Shown: piece after piece, positions 27,126 through 36,371 of the stretch
Position numbering within the stretch: the first letter of the stretch is position 1
How the letters are laid out: the number at the start of each line of letters is the position of its first letter
NCBI GenBank assembly: GCA_003542615.1
Contig: DPKG01000014.1
Location: 8,521-72,520, forward strand
Origin: Candidatus Shapirobacteria bacterium
GTDB lineage: Bacteria; Patescibacteriota; Microgenomatia; UBA12405
Direction of reading: 5' to 3'
Length of the DNA stretch: 64,000 nt
The notes under the pieces: model-generated
The model's database searches: none
Told to the model about the DNA's origin: nothing
The model's input: only the letters and a program-made list of their open reading frames with translations
Translations under genes and position numbers: made by a program

Positions 27126-29046
27126 CTTTGGCTAATTGAATAATGACTGATAGACCGGTACTGGTATTGACAGTACCACTGATAGCTCCCTGTTGATAGT
27201 AAGGAGTACCGGATGATTTCCGGACCCAACCGGCGACCGGTTGGTTGGCGGTAAGACTTCGGGTATCGCTAATTTCCCCAATGGAGTTAGTGGCACCGTT
27301 GATAATGGCAAAGGTAGCGGTAATACTAGTACCGGTAGCCGGTGATAAATCGAGAGTTTCAGTGGCAGTATAGGTATATTGATTTTCGTTGGTGACAGTA
27401 ACTTCAAAGGCGCCGTTGTAATCGTCGTCATTGGTAACACCTTTAATAATGACGTAATCTCCACTAGTTAGTCCGTGGGCAGTGTGACTGACGGTGGCGG
27501 TGGTACCGGAACCGGTAATAGAGACAGGAGCTTGGTAAAAATAGTTAGCGTTATCGGTAACCCAAACCAGGACGTTGGCAAATTCGATGACCGAAGCAGT
27601 AGCTAAATCCTGAACGGTAATAGTGGTGGCAACGGTACTGGGCGGAGTTTGGATGGTATCAGTAGAATCGGTGAGCTGATAATTGTTGGAGTCGGCACCG
27701 GCCATGTTGTAAACATAAACGCCACGAGCCCCATAAAATTTACCTCCGGCAAAAGTACCGAAAGGAGCGATTTTTACTTCAATTAATGTTTCCGGAGTGC
27801 CGTTAACGAGAGCGGCACCAGTAGAAGAATCGGTGATGGCTTGATTGTCGGTAAAAGTTCCCCTGACGGTATGGAGAGTCAAAATACCAGTGTTGTCACC
27901 ATTGTAATGGTCGGCGGTGATGATAGCAGTACCGGTAGCGGTAGAAACAGCCAGACCTTGGGTGAAAGCAGCGGTGCGGGTGTCATAAGAGAGACGAAGA
28001 GTACCGACTCCGGTATACTGTTCGCCGTTTAAACCATTTAGAGAAGTGGTAGAGGTGCGACGGGTGACGTATTTGGTGTATTCGTAAAAATTTTTGATGG
28101 TATTGCCGCCACAGTTTATAACTACATCGTAAGGTTGCAGGCCATTGCCATTACTTAGATCTTTGGTGTCGGCGCCAAAGGTAAAAGTGATACCAGAAAG
28201 AGCGGCAATGGTACTGATGTCGGTGGTGTTATTTAAGTCGGTACTGGTAGCCAGAGGGATAGGAGAGCGACCACCGGTGGTCATGATAGTTTGATAATGA
28301 TCGTATAATTTACCGTATTCTCGGGCAAAGATAGTGATTACACCGCTATCATTAAGGGTGCCCTGAATGACAATTCTTTGTAAAATGTCAATGTGACCTG
28401 AAGGCCACCAGGCGGTGATTTTGGTACCAGCTTGGATAATATAAATTTCGGTACCTGAGGCAAGAGTACCGATGGTATAGATATTAGCCCAGGTGGTACC
28501 CCCGGTGGCGGCGGCTAATATTTGGGTATCGATGTGAAAATTACAGGTGACATCGCCGGAAGTAGAATCCCAATTGTCGGTAGCGGCATTGCTGGCAGGA
28601 CGAATGACAAGATACTCACCACTGACAAAGAGAAGGGTACCGGAATCACCATCGGCGTGAGTAATAGTGTTGCCAATATCTCCGGAGACGATATTGGTGC
28701 CGGAACGTTTGATGACAACTATACCGGTACGAACAGTGGCAACGCGGGGATAATCTTTGCTAATTAATCCCCCACCATACAAATGTTGAGTAGTAGTTCC
28801 GTCTATATACCAAGGGTCCTGCTGGTCGTCCAAATCGATAAGGCCAATTTGATATTCCGTGGGGGTAATGGCATTAATAGGAATACCGTCATCCATTTGG
28901 GTGGGTTCATCAAACAGGTCTTGAAGAGCAATGTAAAGTTCTCTGACAGAATAAGTACCGGTAGTACCAGACCAGACAATTCTTTTTTGACGGGTTTCTG
29001 ATAGATAGTAAACGGTAAAATCTCCCGATAGAACAGTGCTTGACAT
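27118..29046 (-). CDS. phage virion-like fibre/receptor-binding-like protein, paralog 2 (642 aa)
   Basis: Same motif blocks as the 24535 gene ('LATSTDLNNTTD', 'IKNFYEYTKY') plus similar N-termini. No signal peptide; G/T/S-rich. Confidence 0.5.
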   Translation of the reverse strand: MSSTVLSGDFTVYYLSETRQKRIVWSGTTGTYSVRELYIALQDLFDEPTQMDDGIPINAITPTEYQIGLIDLDDQQDPWYIDGTTTQHLYGGGLISKDYPRVATVRTGIVVIKRSGTNIVSGDIGNTITHADGDSGTLLFVSGEYLVIRPASNAATDNWDSTSGDVTCNFHIDTQILAAATGGTTWANIYTIGTLASGTEIYIIQAGTKITAWWPSGHIDILQRIVIQGTLNDSGVITIFAREYGKLYDHYQTIMTTGGRSPIPLATSTDLNNTTDISTIAALSGITFTFGADTKDLSNGNGLQPYDVVINCGGNTIKNFYEYTKYVTRRTSTTSLNGLNGEQYTGVGTLRLSYDTRTAAFTQGLAVSTATGTAIITADHYNGDNTGILTLHTVRGTFTDNQAITDSSTGAALVNGTPETLIEVKIAPFGTFAGGKFYGARGVYVYNMAGADSNNYQLTDSTDTIQTPPSTVATTITVQDLATASVIEFANVLVWVTDNANYFYQAPVSITGSGTTATVSHTAHGLTSGDYVIIKGVTNDDDYNGAFEVTVTNENQYTYTATETLDLSPATGTSITATFAIINGATNSIGEISDTRSLTANQPVAGWVRKSSGTPYYQQGAISGTVNTSTGLSVIIQLAKDE

Positions 29047-29073
29047 TTTCTTATTTTACAATTTTTGAATTGA

Positions 29074-30678
29074 CTATGTAGAGGCAGTGATATCTTCGAT
29101 TAGAGTAATGGTGGCTGAATAGCCAGTACCAGTAATAGTACCCGATGAGCTGACGGGAATATATTTGGTGTCCCCAGTTGAAGATTTTCTAACACGAACG
29201 TAAATGGCGGCGGGAGTGGTGCCGCCATAACCAAAAGAAACTTCACCATTAATATCCGTATCGGTATTTAATAACACGGAATCATCACTGGAAAGACAGA
29301 CAGCGACTTGGGCTGTTTGTATGGGATCGTTGGTGACATCAACAACGGTGACAGAAACGGGGACAGAAGAAACAACACTGGTGGTGGAACCAGCACTGTT
29401 TTGGACGGATATGGTACCGGTAATACCGGAAGCATTGAGAGTAACCGCTCCGCCGGAATTATTATAAATTACTTCATTTCCGGTAGTACCATCGGTAGTG
29501 GCATAGCCGGTAAAAGTATGACCAGAAAGACTATAAGAATTACCGGCACAAGAGGTATCAAGTTCGATGGCATGACTGGTACCATCGGAGACAAAAGTGC
29601 AGGCGGTAATAACTGAGGGATTAGTAGCTAAAATTGATGAGGCAGCAGTGGTATTGGTAAAAGTACAGTCGGTGAAAGTTCCACCACCCTGGGTAACTAG
29701 AGCACATCTTCTAAAAGTGGCGGAAATGACGGTGCTATTTGATTGAAAGATAAAAGTGTTCATGTCGGTAAAGGAGCTGTTGTTGATATTGACATCGGCA
29801 TTAGCAACAACTTCAAAATCACCTTTAGATAATTGGGTGGACAAAAGGGCGGTAAAGTTGACGTTGTCCCAGGTGACGACCGAACTGGTATTTTTTATTT
29901 CAATCTTATTAAAGGTGGCAAAGGTAGCGGGGGTGTCGTCTATGGTAATGTTGATATTTGAGTCGACAAAGTAACAGGCTGCTGTCTCCCCAAAACTCAT
30001 GAGACCTTTCCAGAGATAACCGGTACCTTCTTTTTGAAATAGACCCCATCTGGCTGTTTGCGCATCGTTGACGGCAGCCATGGCAGCAAAATTGCCGTAA
30101 CCACCGCCGATGTTATCTCCGTTGTCGAAAAGTATCTGGCCACGGCCATAATACATAGCATCAAAACCATGCATGGTTCCCTTGGAAATATTAGAAATAA
30201 CATCAGCGGCGGCACCAAAAAAACGATAGGTACCACCATGGCCGGTACCGACAGTATAATCGGCAGTTTTGGCAGGATTAACAGCATAACATTGCCAGCC
30301 ACCATAGGGATTGCGACCTTTATCACTACCACCAACTCTCCATGCGGAGAAGTTTAAAACATCGGCACCAACGATGGCTCTTAAACCTCCGGAAGCGTAG
30401 TTGCTCATAGCGTTAGCTGGTAAAAGAACGTGCCACATAAAAACGCAGGTGTAGTTAGCAGTAAATGAAGCAGATAAAGAAGAGCCATAATCAAAACAAC
30501 CGGAACAGAGTCCGGTTTTATTATTGGTGTCGGATGAACGACAACCTGAACCTTCAATGTAATAATCACCTTCTCCCAGTGGAGCATCTCCAACAGCCCA
30601 AGCCGTCATTTCCACCCAGGTGCCGCTTTCAGCATTAGTGAGAGGGGTTAGATCAGAATTATATGTGGGTACGGCCAT
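29074..30678 (-). CDS. right-handed beta-helix (pectate-lyase-fold) tailspike-like protein with C-terminal beta-sandwich domain (534 aa)
   Basis: Repeats of the type 'TFRRCALVTQGGGTFTDCTFTNTTAASSILATNPSVITACTFVSDGTSHAIEL'. C-terminal 'VTVVDV...GEVSF' carboxypeptidase-regulatory-like region. No signal peptide. Confidence 0.5.
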   Translation of the reverse strand: MAVPTYNSDLTPLTNAESGTWVEMTAWAVGDAPLGEGDYYIEGSGCRSSDTNNKTGLCSGCFDYGSSLSASFTANYTCVFMWHVLLPANAMSNYASGGLRAIVGADVLNFSAWRVGGSDKGRNPYGGWQCYAVNPAKTADYTVGTGHGGTYRFFGAAADVISNISKGTMHGFDAMYYGRGQILFDNGDNIGGGYGNFAAMAAVNDAQTARWGLFQKEGTGYLWKGLMSFGETAACYFVDSNINITIDDTPATFATFNKIEIKNTSSVVTWDNVNFTALLSTQLSKGDFEVVANADVNINNSSFTDMNTFIFQSNSTVISATFRRCALVTQGGGTFTDCTFTNTTAASSILATNPSVITACTFVSDGTSHAIELDTSCAGNSYSLSGHTFTGYATTDGTTGNEVIYNNSGGAVTLNASGITGTISVQNSAGSTTSVVSSVPVSVTVVDVTNDPIQTAQVAVCLSSDDSVLLNTDTDINGEVSFGYGGTTPAAIYVRVRKSSTGDTKYIPVSSSGTITGTGYSATITLIEDITAST

Positions 30679-31117
30679 ATTTTTCGATTAAAAAGTTATT
30701 AAACTCATTTTTAACATCTTGGGCATTATCTCCTTTTTTGAGATAAATTTTGTTAATTCCATTAGTATTGATAATCACTGAATAACCTTGATTCCCAAAA
30801 TTTTTAATCTGTTGTTTGGCAATTTCGGTCATCTCGAAACGGTGGTCTTGGGTGCCAAAAAAAATATTATCATTAACTTTTTCAAATATCATTTTACAGT
30901 GATCTGGCCTTAATTTGATAGAGACTTTTTCCATTTGATGATAGGCACAACGAAATCCGGCACAGGCTTTTGGGCGATCTTTGTAGATTAGACAGCCTTT
31001 TTTAAGAACACAATGTTTACAAAGTTGATTGGCTGGTTTATTAAGACTGCGTACAGGTAATAGATAGCAACACAGGGTACATTGGCCACAGCGATTTTGG
31101 TTTTCAATATTTGCCAT
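30659..31117 (-). CDS. YkgJ/UPF0153-like Cys-rich (putative Zn/Fe-chelating) protein; first gene of the operon
   Basis: 'CGQCTLCC' (CxxCxxCC) plus further Cys pairs 'CKHC', 'CAGFRC'. Confidence 0.45.
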   Translation of the reverse strand: MANIENQNRCGQCTLCCYLLPVRSLNKPANQLCKHCVLKKGCLIYKDRPKACAGFRCAYHQMEKVSIKLRPDHCKMIFEKVNDNIFFGTQDHRFEMTEIAKQQIKNFGNQGYSVIINTNGINKIYLKKGDNAQDVKNEFNNFLIEKYGRTHI

Positions 31118-31241
31118 AAGCTATTATACATTTGAGCTAAACTTTTTTTAATCTATGCTTAACTTAATTAAAAGTTTTGATCATGATAGTTATAAAAGGG
31201 AGAAATTATTTTTAGTTTCGGTGGAGGAAACAGCAGGTCGT

Positions 31242-31709
31242 TTAATCGACTGATGGTTCATCAGTTTTTGGCTGGGAATTGAGGATGTAATTTTTCTTGT
31301 CGGAAAAAGGGTGAATTATACCCGTTATCAAGTAGTAGATTAGAGGAATAAGGAGAAGGGTACTGGCAAAAGCGATAGAAATAGTCCACTGGACGGTGGT
31401 GATTTTCATGCCGGTGGCTAGTTGTTGGATGGCATAAAGATTGCTGAGGATAAAAATAACAAAGAGGGAAATGGCTTTTTGAAAATTAAAGCCACTAATA
31501 AAGGATAATACGAGCCAAACTAGGAGAAAAAGTCCGATGGTTCTGGAAAAAATACCAAAGGTAGTCAGAGGATATTGAGACATCAGAGGAGAATTCAAAA
31601 ATTGGTAAGGATTTTTGACGGTGAGGGCAATTGGTCCGGATATTGAGTCGATGGCGTGGGCTAAGACGATAAGGGCAAAGGTAAAGATAAAGAGATATTC
31701 TTTTTTCAC
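31242..31709 (-). CDS. hypothetical polytopic membrane protein (155 aa)
   Basis: 4 predicted TM; 4-nt overlap with the upstream gene. Confidence 0.4.
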   Translation of the reverse strand: MKKEYLFIFTFALIVLAHAIDSISGPIALTVKNPYQFLNSPLMSQYPLTTFGIFSRTIGLFLLVWLVLSFISGFNFQKAISLFVIFILSNLYAIQQLATGMKITTVQWTISIAFASTLLLIPLIYYLITGIIHPFSDKKNYILNSQPKTDEPSVD

Positions 31710-32692
31710 CTTTTTTGTAAAAAACGATTATAAATAAATAGACTTAAAGCTATACTAGAGAAATAAGTGAATATAAGTAGGATAACATTTCGCAACACGA
31801 AAGGGGAAATAAATATCAAGGCGTCATCAATCGGAGTTGTAATGGCCAATATCCATTTGGTAGAAGAATTAAGTTTGACAGGTGATGAAGCGATTAAAGT
31901 TCTGGTAAGCTTACCTGTAGAGAAATCGGGGATGACAATATCAAGCTTGGATTCTTGATTAGAGGTCAGTTTTTGACGTATTAGTGGCATAACAATTTTG
32001 TCACCAAGAAAAGGATGTTCGTCGACGATATGAAAAATGTTTTGGTTTACTACTTCTTGTGTAGTACCATTGAAGACATCTCCGTTGGAATTAAATAGAT
32101 AAATACCGGTACGTGGGGAGATTTTTAGAGGTTCAAGATATTTTTCAGTCAAGGAAGGGATAGAAATAGAAACCGTGAGAACCCCAATGAATTTATTGTT
32201 GGAATAAAGGGGAGTGGCGACGGGAATTTTAAAAGTTTGGCCGGCACCAGGTACCCGGGAGACAAATGGCTTGCCAAAAGAAATTGTACCAGGAGGTGAA
32301 CCTGAAGCTGCGATAAAATAATCACGATCTGAGACATTGCCTCCAAGAGAAAGTTTTTCGGCATTACTGGCGGTTAATTTTATTTGACCTTGGATATCGG
32401 TGAGAATGATACCGACAACGGGAGTGTCGGACCAATTATCGACAAAGTCTTGGAGAATTTTAGGAGTGATAATATTATTGCTGGAAAGAATAAGTAAGGA
32501 CCTGGAGGTTAAGTCAATAAAACTACTGATAGAAGATGCTCCAGAACGAACAATAACCTGTTCGCGATGGAGCATTTGCTCAACCAAAGATTTGATACTA
32601 CTGGCTCCGGTAATCTGATATAAGGTAAACGAAAGAGCAAAAAAAATAACAAAAGAAATTGTTGAAATCAGATAAAAAAATTTTTTAGTCAT
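31706..32692 (-). CDS. membrane protein with large extracytoplasmic sensor-like (Cache-like?) domain and no output domain
   Basis: N-terminal TM, ~250 aa periplasmic domain, C-terminal TM, ends immediately. Domain assignment tentative. Confidence 0.35.
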   Translation of the reverse strand: MTKKFFYLISTISFVIFFALSFTLYQITGASSIKSLVEQMLHREQVIVRSGASSISSFIDLTSRSLLILSSNNIITPKILQDFVDNWSDTPVVGIILTDIQGQIKLTASNAEKLSLGGNVSDRDYFIAASGSPPGTISFGKPFVSRVPGAGQTFKIPVATPLYSNNKFIGVLTVSISIPSLTEKYLEPLKISPRTGIYLFNSNGDVFNGTTQEVVNQNIFHIVDEHPFLGDKIVMPLIRQKLTSNQESKLDIVIPDFSTGKLTRTLIASSPVKLNSSTKWILAITTPIDDALIFISPFVLRNVILLIFTYFSSIALSLFIYNRFLQKR

Positions 32693-32744
32693 AATTGCTT
32701 ATGATATAACACGGTATTGCTTTTTGTAATGTCAAAAGATGATA

Positions 32745-33605
32745 TCAAAAAATTGTATCAAACGATTCGTAAGTTTGATTTTCTTTGTCGTTCCAGGCGG
32801 TGGTGAAATCAGACACACCATTACAATAAAGGAAGTCTCCTTCTCCTACCCCACTGGTAGTTTCCCGTTGGATGTACCACTGGCCACTTTGGTCGACAAA
32901 ACCATAATAAGAATAGGTGTCGCTGCTGGTGTCATCCATCTTGCTAATCTTGTAACCATCGGTGGGCTGTTTGGCGGCGGGGTCGATTTTGTTGCCACCG
33001 GTATCTTTAATTGAAATGGTGCCGGGGCCGGGGACAGAACCGAAAAAGGAAGCAGAGGCTTTTTTGGGATTGACCAAAGTGAGGGCGGCAAGACCAAGAC
33101 CGGCAGAACCGGCCATTTTGAGAAATTGGCGGCGGCTTTGGTCGGAGATCTGAACCTGAGTTAAATCTTTTTCGGGTGGCGGAGGGGTGGGTTTGGGGGG
33201 AAGGCGAAAATTAAGATGAGAAATTAAATTTTTGATTTGATTGACCAATTCGAGTCCAAAAAAGAAAACTAAGGGAGTAAAAGTAAGACCAAGAATAAGT
33301 TGAAGAGTAGATTGAGCCACCAAAAGATTCATTAGCCAGATAACGGCGACCAAAAGATAACAAAATAAATTTAATATGGAAAAAATAAATCGGGAGATTT
33401 TGCCGGAAATAAATTTTTTGAAAATCAGATAGATTAATACCAAAGTAAAGGCGATCAGAGCAAGGGGATTATTTTTCCAAACGCCAAAAACAAAACCGAG
33501 AACAAGATTTAAAAAGACAAAAAGGAGAGAGTACCAAAAAAGAATGTGATTAAGAGTTATTTTGATTTTCATGGAAATTCCTTTAGAAATTGGGACTGGA
33601 CCCAA
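32745..33605 (-). CDS. membrane protein with internal twin-arginine signal-like segment
   Basis: ~130-aa N-terminal 4-TM domain, 'PPKPTPPPP' linker, then 'SRRQFLKMAGSAGLGLAALTLVNPKKASA' (consensus Tat motif, h-region, AxA) followed by a ~110-aa Gly/Thr-rich domain. Confidence 0.45.
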   Translation of the reverse strand: MGPVPISKGISMKIKITLNHILFWYSLLFVFLNLVLGFVFGVWKNNPLALIAFTLVLIYLIFKKFISGKISRFIFSILNLFCYLLVAVIWLMNLLVAQSTLQLILGLTFTPLVFFFGLELVNQIKNLISHLNFRLPPKPTPPPPEKDLTQVQISDQSRRQFLKMAGSAGLGLAALTLVNPKKASASFFGSVPGPGTISIKDTGGNKIDPAAKQPTDGYKISKMDDTSSDTYSYYGFVDQSGQWYIQRETTSGVGEGDFLYCNGVSDFTTAWNDKENQTYESFDTIF

Positions 33606-34057
33606 CCAAGTTGGTTGCCGTCCAGATCAAGTTGATACCAACCGTCCTGTTTTAGGCGATAAAAATAAATAGTATCGTAAAAAATATTATTGATGATTTT
33701 ACTTGAAGCCAGAGGTTTTTCGTAGACATCAATTTTTTGCCATTGAGGTGAATTAATTTTAACCATGCCACCAAGAAGAGAGGAACTAAGGGTCGGAGTG
33801 GGAGAACCGTTGGAATTGGCGGAAGTATTTGGGTTATTTAGACTGGAAGCCATGTCTTTTCGAAGGTTAATCAGTTCCCGAAGAATAATTTCAGTTTGGG
33901 AATTAGCATTTAGAGGAGTGGGGGTAATAAGTTCTGACGGAGGAGGTGTTATGTTGGTGGAAGGAGGAAGTGGTTGATTGTGGTCGATGAGAAACTTGTC
34001 GGTAAGAATGGTGGTTAAAACCACAAGGGCGATGGTTTGGAGTTTGGAAAGTTCCAT
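33569..34057 (-). CDS. secreted/anchored protein with Pro/Thr linker and C-terminal SH3b-like domain
   Basis: N-terminal hydrophobic segment, 'PPSTNITPPPSELITPTP', and a C-terminal ~60 aa domain similar to the C-terminal repeats of the 930-aa protein. Confidence 0.4.
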   Translation of the reverse strand: MELSKLQTIALVVLTTILTDKFLIDHNQPLPPSTNITPPPSELITPTPLNANSQTEIILRELINLRKDMASSLNNPNTSANSNGSPTPTLSSSLLGGMVKINSPQWQKIDVYEKPLASSKIINNIFYDTIYFYRLKQDGWYQLDLDGNQLGWVQSQFLKEFP

Positions 34058-34098
34058 AGTTAAATTTTACGGTTTTATATTGGCTTGTCAAAAGTAAG

Positions 34099-35313
34099 TT
34101 GTCGAATATAATTCTAGATGTGGAATTTTGGAAATTTGGAAAGAAAAAAATACAAATAACCGAAGGGGGAGTAATTTTGGAGAAAATAAGAAAATTGGCT
34201 TTTGGGCCGGGATCTGAGCTGAGCGGAACATTTTTCCCAAAAAAGGAAACATGGGAGGCGGTACAGGTGTTAAAAAAAATGGGTAAGTGGAGAGGTGGAA
34301 GTGAAAATGATTGGATAAAACAGCAAAAAATTATAGAGGAGAACCTGTCGACTTTGGCTGAGGCGGGGTTTAAAAGTTTGAGGTTGGTATTGATGCCTGA
34401 TGAACTGATTGGGGAAGGAGGGGTTTATAACTGGAAACCGGTAGAAAAAATTCTGGATTTGATGGTCAAATATAGAATCAGGGCGGATTGGTGTACCGGA
34501 CCGATTGATTATCCCTACAATCCAGGAATAAGATTGCCAAAAGAAGTGAAAAATATATTAAGTCAGGAAATAAAAGAGACAGGAAGAAATCAAATTAAGA
34601 TTTCGATGGGAATAGACCGATGGATGCCGAAATCAAGTGAGGCCATCAGAGAATTCGGATTAAATTTTTTTGAGGCGTTTTTGAAAAGGTACGGAAAGGA
34701 CAAACGGATTGGGAAATTTTACATCGGTAATGAATGGCCGGATCTGCACGGAATTGAGGGGACGAAGGTGATGGCAAATATTTCAAAAGATTTTATGGAG
34801 GAGTTAATTAAAAGAGGACAAAAATTGACGGACAAAAAAATTGCCTTGAATACCAATATTCATCCCAGCAACTTGAGACGTTTAAGAAAAACTTTCAATC
34901 CCCTGTTTGAAATTCTAAGAGATCAGGGAGTATTGGGGATTGATACTTATCCGACAAGAGAAGGGAAAATAAGAGAAATGATTTATAAAAGAAGTGTAAA
35001 GAGAGTAAAAAGAGAGTTTTGGAAACAAGAGATAGAATTAACGGAGTATCAGGCAGAATTGTATGATGATGATATTTCGGGAAAGTCGTGGGCTGAGATA
35101 ATGGAAAAATATAAAAAAAGAGTGGTGGAATTTTATCAGGAGGTGTTTTTTAAAAAGTTGGAGACTTATGCGGTGGCGGGACAAATTAAAAGAGTGGGAA
35201 TGTGGGGAATACCGCTTTTATTGACAGCAAAAAGAATGGGGTATGATTTTCCCTTGGAGATGATGAAAACAATAAGCGAGACAATGGCAAAAAGAGGCGG
35301 AAAGGATAAGTAA
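34099..35313 (+). CDS. hypothetical protein, possibly TIM-barrel glycoside hydrolase (clan GH-A-like)
   Basis: 'YIGNEWPD' resembles the conserved NE(P) acid/base motif of clan GH-A. Otherwise unassigned. Confidence 0.3.
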   Translation: MSNIILDVEFWKFGKKKIQITEGGVILEKIRKLAFGPGSELSGTFFPKKETWEAVQVLKKMGKWRGGSENDWIKQQKIIEENLSTLAEAGFKSLRLVLMPDELIGEGGVYNWKPVEKILDLMVKYRIRADWCTGPIDYPYNPGIRLPKEVKNILSQEIKETGRNQIKISMGIDRWMPKSSEAIREFGLNFFEAFLKRYGKDKRIGKFYIGNEWPDLHGIEGTKVMANISKDFMEELIKRGQKLTDKKIALNTNIHPSNLRRLRKTFNPLFEILRDQGVLGIDTYPTREGKIREMIYKRSVKRVKREFWKQEIELTEYQAELYDDDISGKSWAEIMEKYKKRVVEFYQEVFFKKLETYAVAGQIKRVGMWGIPLLLTAKRMGYDFPLEMMKTISETMAKRGGKDK

Positions 35314-35322
35314 AATTATTTT

Positions 35323-36306
35323 TTATATGTCTATGTGGGAACGGAAAAATTCCAGATCGCGGTTTAAGGCTTGGCTCCAGTGGCGGGAAAGATTGTGGTC
35401 GTCGTTTTGATAAGTATAAAAAATGACGAATTTGTTTTGGTCTTTGAGTTTTTGAACTAAATCCTGACCCCAGGAATAAGGAACGGATTCGTCAGTTGGA
35501 CTATGGTGGATAATCAGGGGAATATTAATCTTATCTAAATGATCAATGGCGGCAAAATCAGAGGCGGGATATTGGCTTAATAGTTGATTTAGAGAGGATT
35601 GAAAATCGGGTTGATCGGTGGGAACGGGTAGGCGGCGATTTCGAAAATAAGTGACATTTTTGGGAAAATCTGTAACGGCAGGTGCCCAAAGAGAAATAGC
35701 CTTAATTTGGGGTGAATTTTGAGTTACTAAAAGACTGACTTCAGCTCCCATGGAGTGGCCATACATAAAAATGTTTCTGATATCGGATTGCGGTAGAGTG
35801 CCGAGGCCGGCGATAAGATTGAGGACATCAATGGCATAGTTTGAACGGGAGAGAAATCTGTCGGCTTCTCCCTGGGAATTGGCATGGCCACGAAAATCAG
35901 GTTTGAGAACTAGAAATCCGGAGGAAGCATAATAGGCGGAGGTGTTGACATAAGATCGACTGGTGGAAAATTGTGATGGGGGAATATAGCCGTGGTTGAC
36001 AATGATAATAGGAAAACCTGAGGGAGGGGGATTGTCGGTAGGAAGATTCATGAGAGCATAAAGCTTTAAATTTTGAGAATAATAGGAAACCAGATAGGAG
36101 GTATATCGTGAATGACGGGAAAGAATTTTTTCGGTAGTGATGATGGTATTTGGGTCAATAAAGGAAGAAAGGTTGGAAACAGCGAGAGGGTGGAGAGCGG
36201 GGGTGGGAGTGGGGAGGGCTAATTGTTGGAGAGAAGGTGAAAATTTTTTAAAAATGAAAAAAAGAATAAGGGCGGTGATTAAAATTAAAGGAAACAGTTT
36301 TTTCAT
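35323..36306 (-). CDS. secreted alpha/beta hydrolase (S9/dienelactone-hydrolase-like esterase or peptidase)
   Basis: Signal peptide; nucleophile elbow 'GHSMGA'; downstream Asp and 'DDHN' His candidates. Confidence 0.55.
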   Translation of the reverse strand: MKKLFPLILITALILFFIFKKFSPSLQQLALPTPTPALHPLAVSNLSSFIDPNTIITTEKILSRHSRYTSYLVSYYSQNLKLYALMNLPTDNPPPSGFPIIIVNHGYIPPSQFSTSRSYVNTSAYYASSGFLVLKPDFRGHANSQGEADRFLSRSNYAIDVLNLIAGLGTLPQSDIRNIFMYGHSMGAEVSLLVTQNSPQIKAISLWAPAVTDFPKNVTYFRNRRLPVPTDQPDFQSSLNQLLSQYPASDFAAIDHLDKINIPLIIHHSPTDESVPYSWGQDLVQKLKDQNKFVIFYTYQNDDHNLSRHWSQALNRDLEFFRSHIDI

Positions 36307-36371
36307 AACGAATATTATATTTTAGTATATTATTGTGTTGTTTTTGGTAATAATGCTAGAATAAGTTAATT

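Noticed and set aside
25558-30593. Nested ORFs inside the virion-like genes (25558-25884, 27132-27464, 28522-28767, 29308-29616, 29997-30357 and others)
   Set aside because: They are alternative frames of Gly/Thr-rich genes (GC-rich codons give long open frames). No independent support.
23429-31117. Calling the region a prophage
   Set aside because: No capsid, portal, terminase, integrase or att sites are visible. Only fibre/tailspike-like and small unknown proteins are present, so it is described as virion-like and not as a prophage.
33100-33200. Separate small Tat-secreted gene starting inside the 32745-33605 gene
   Set aside because: No ATG/GTG/TTG start exists within 30 codons upstream of the RR motif (the codons are TTA, GTT, ATC), so the RR segment is kept as part of the one protein.
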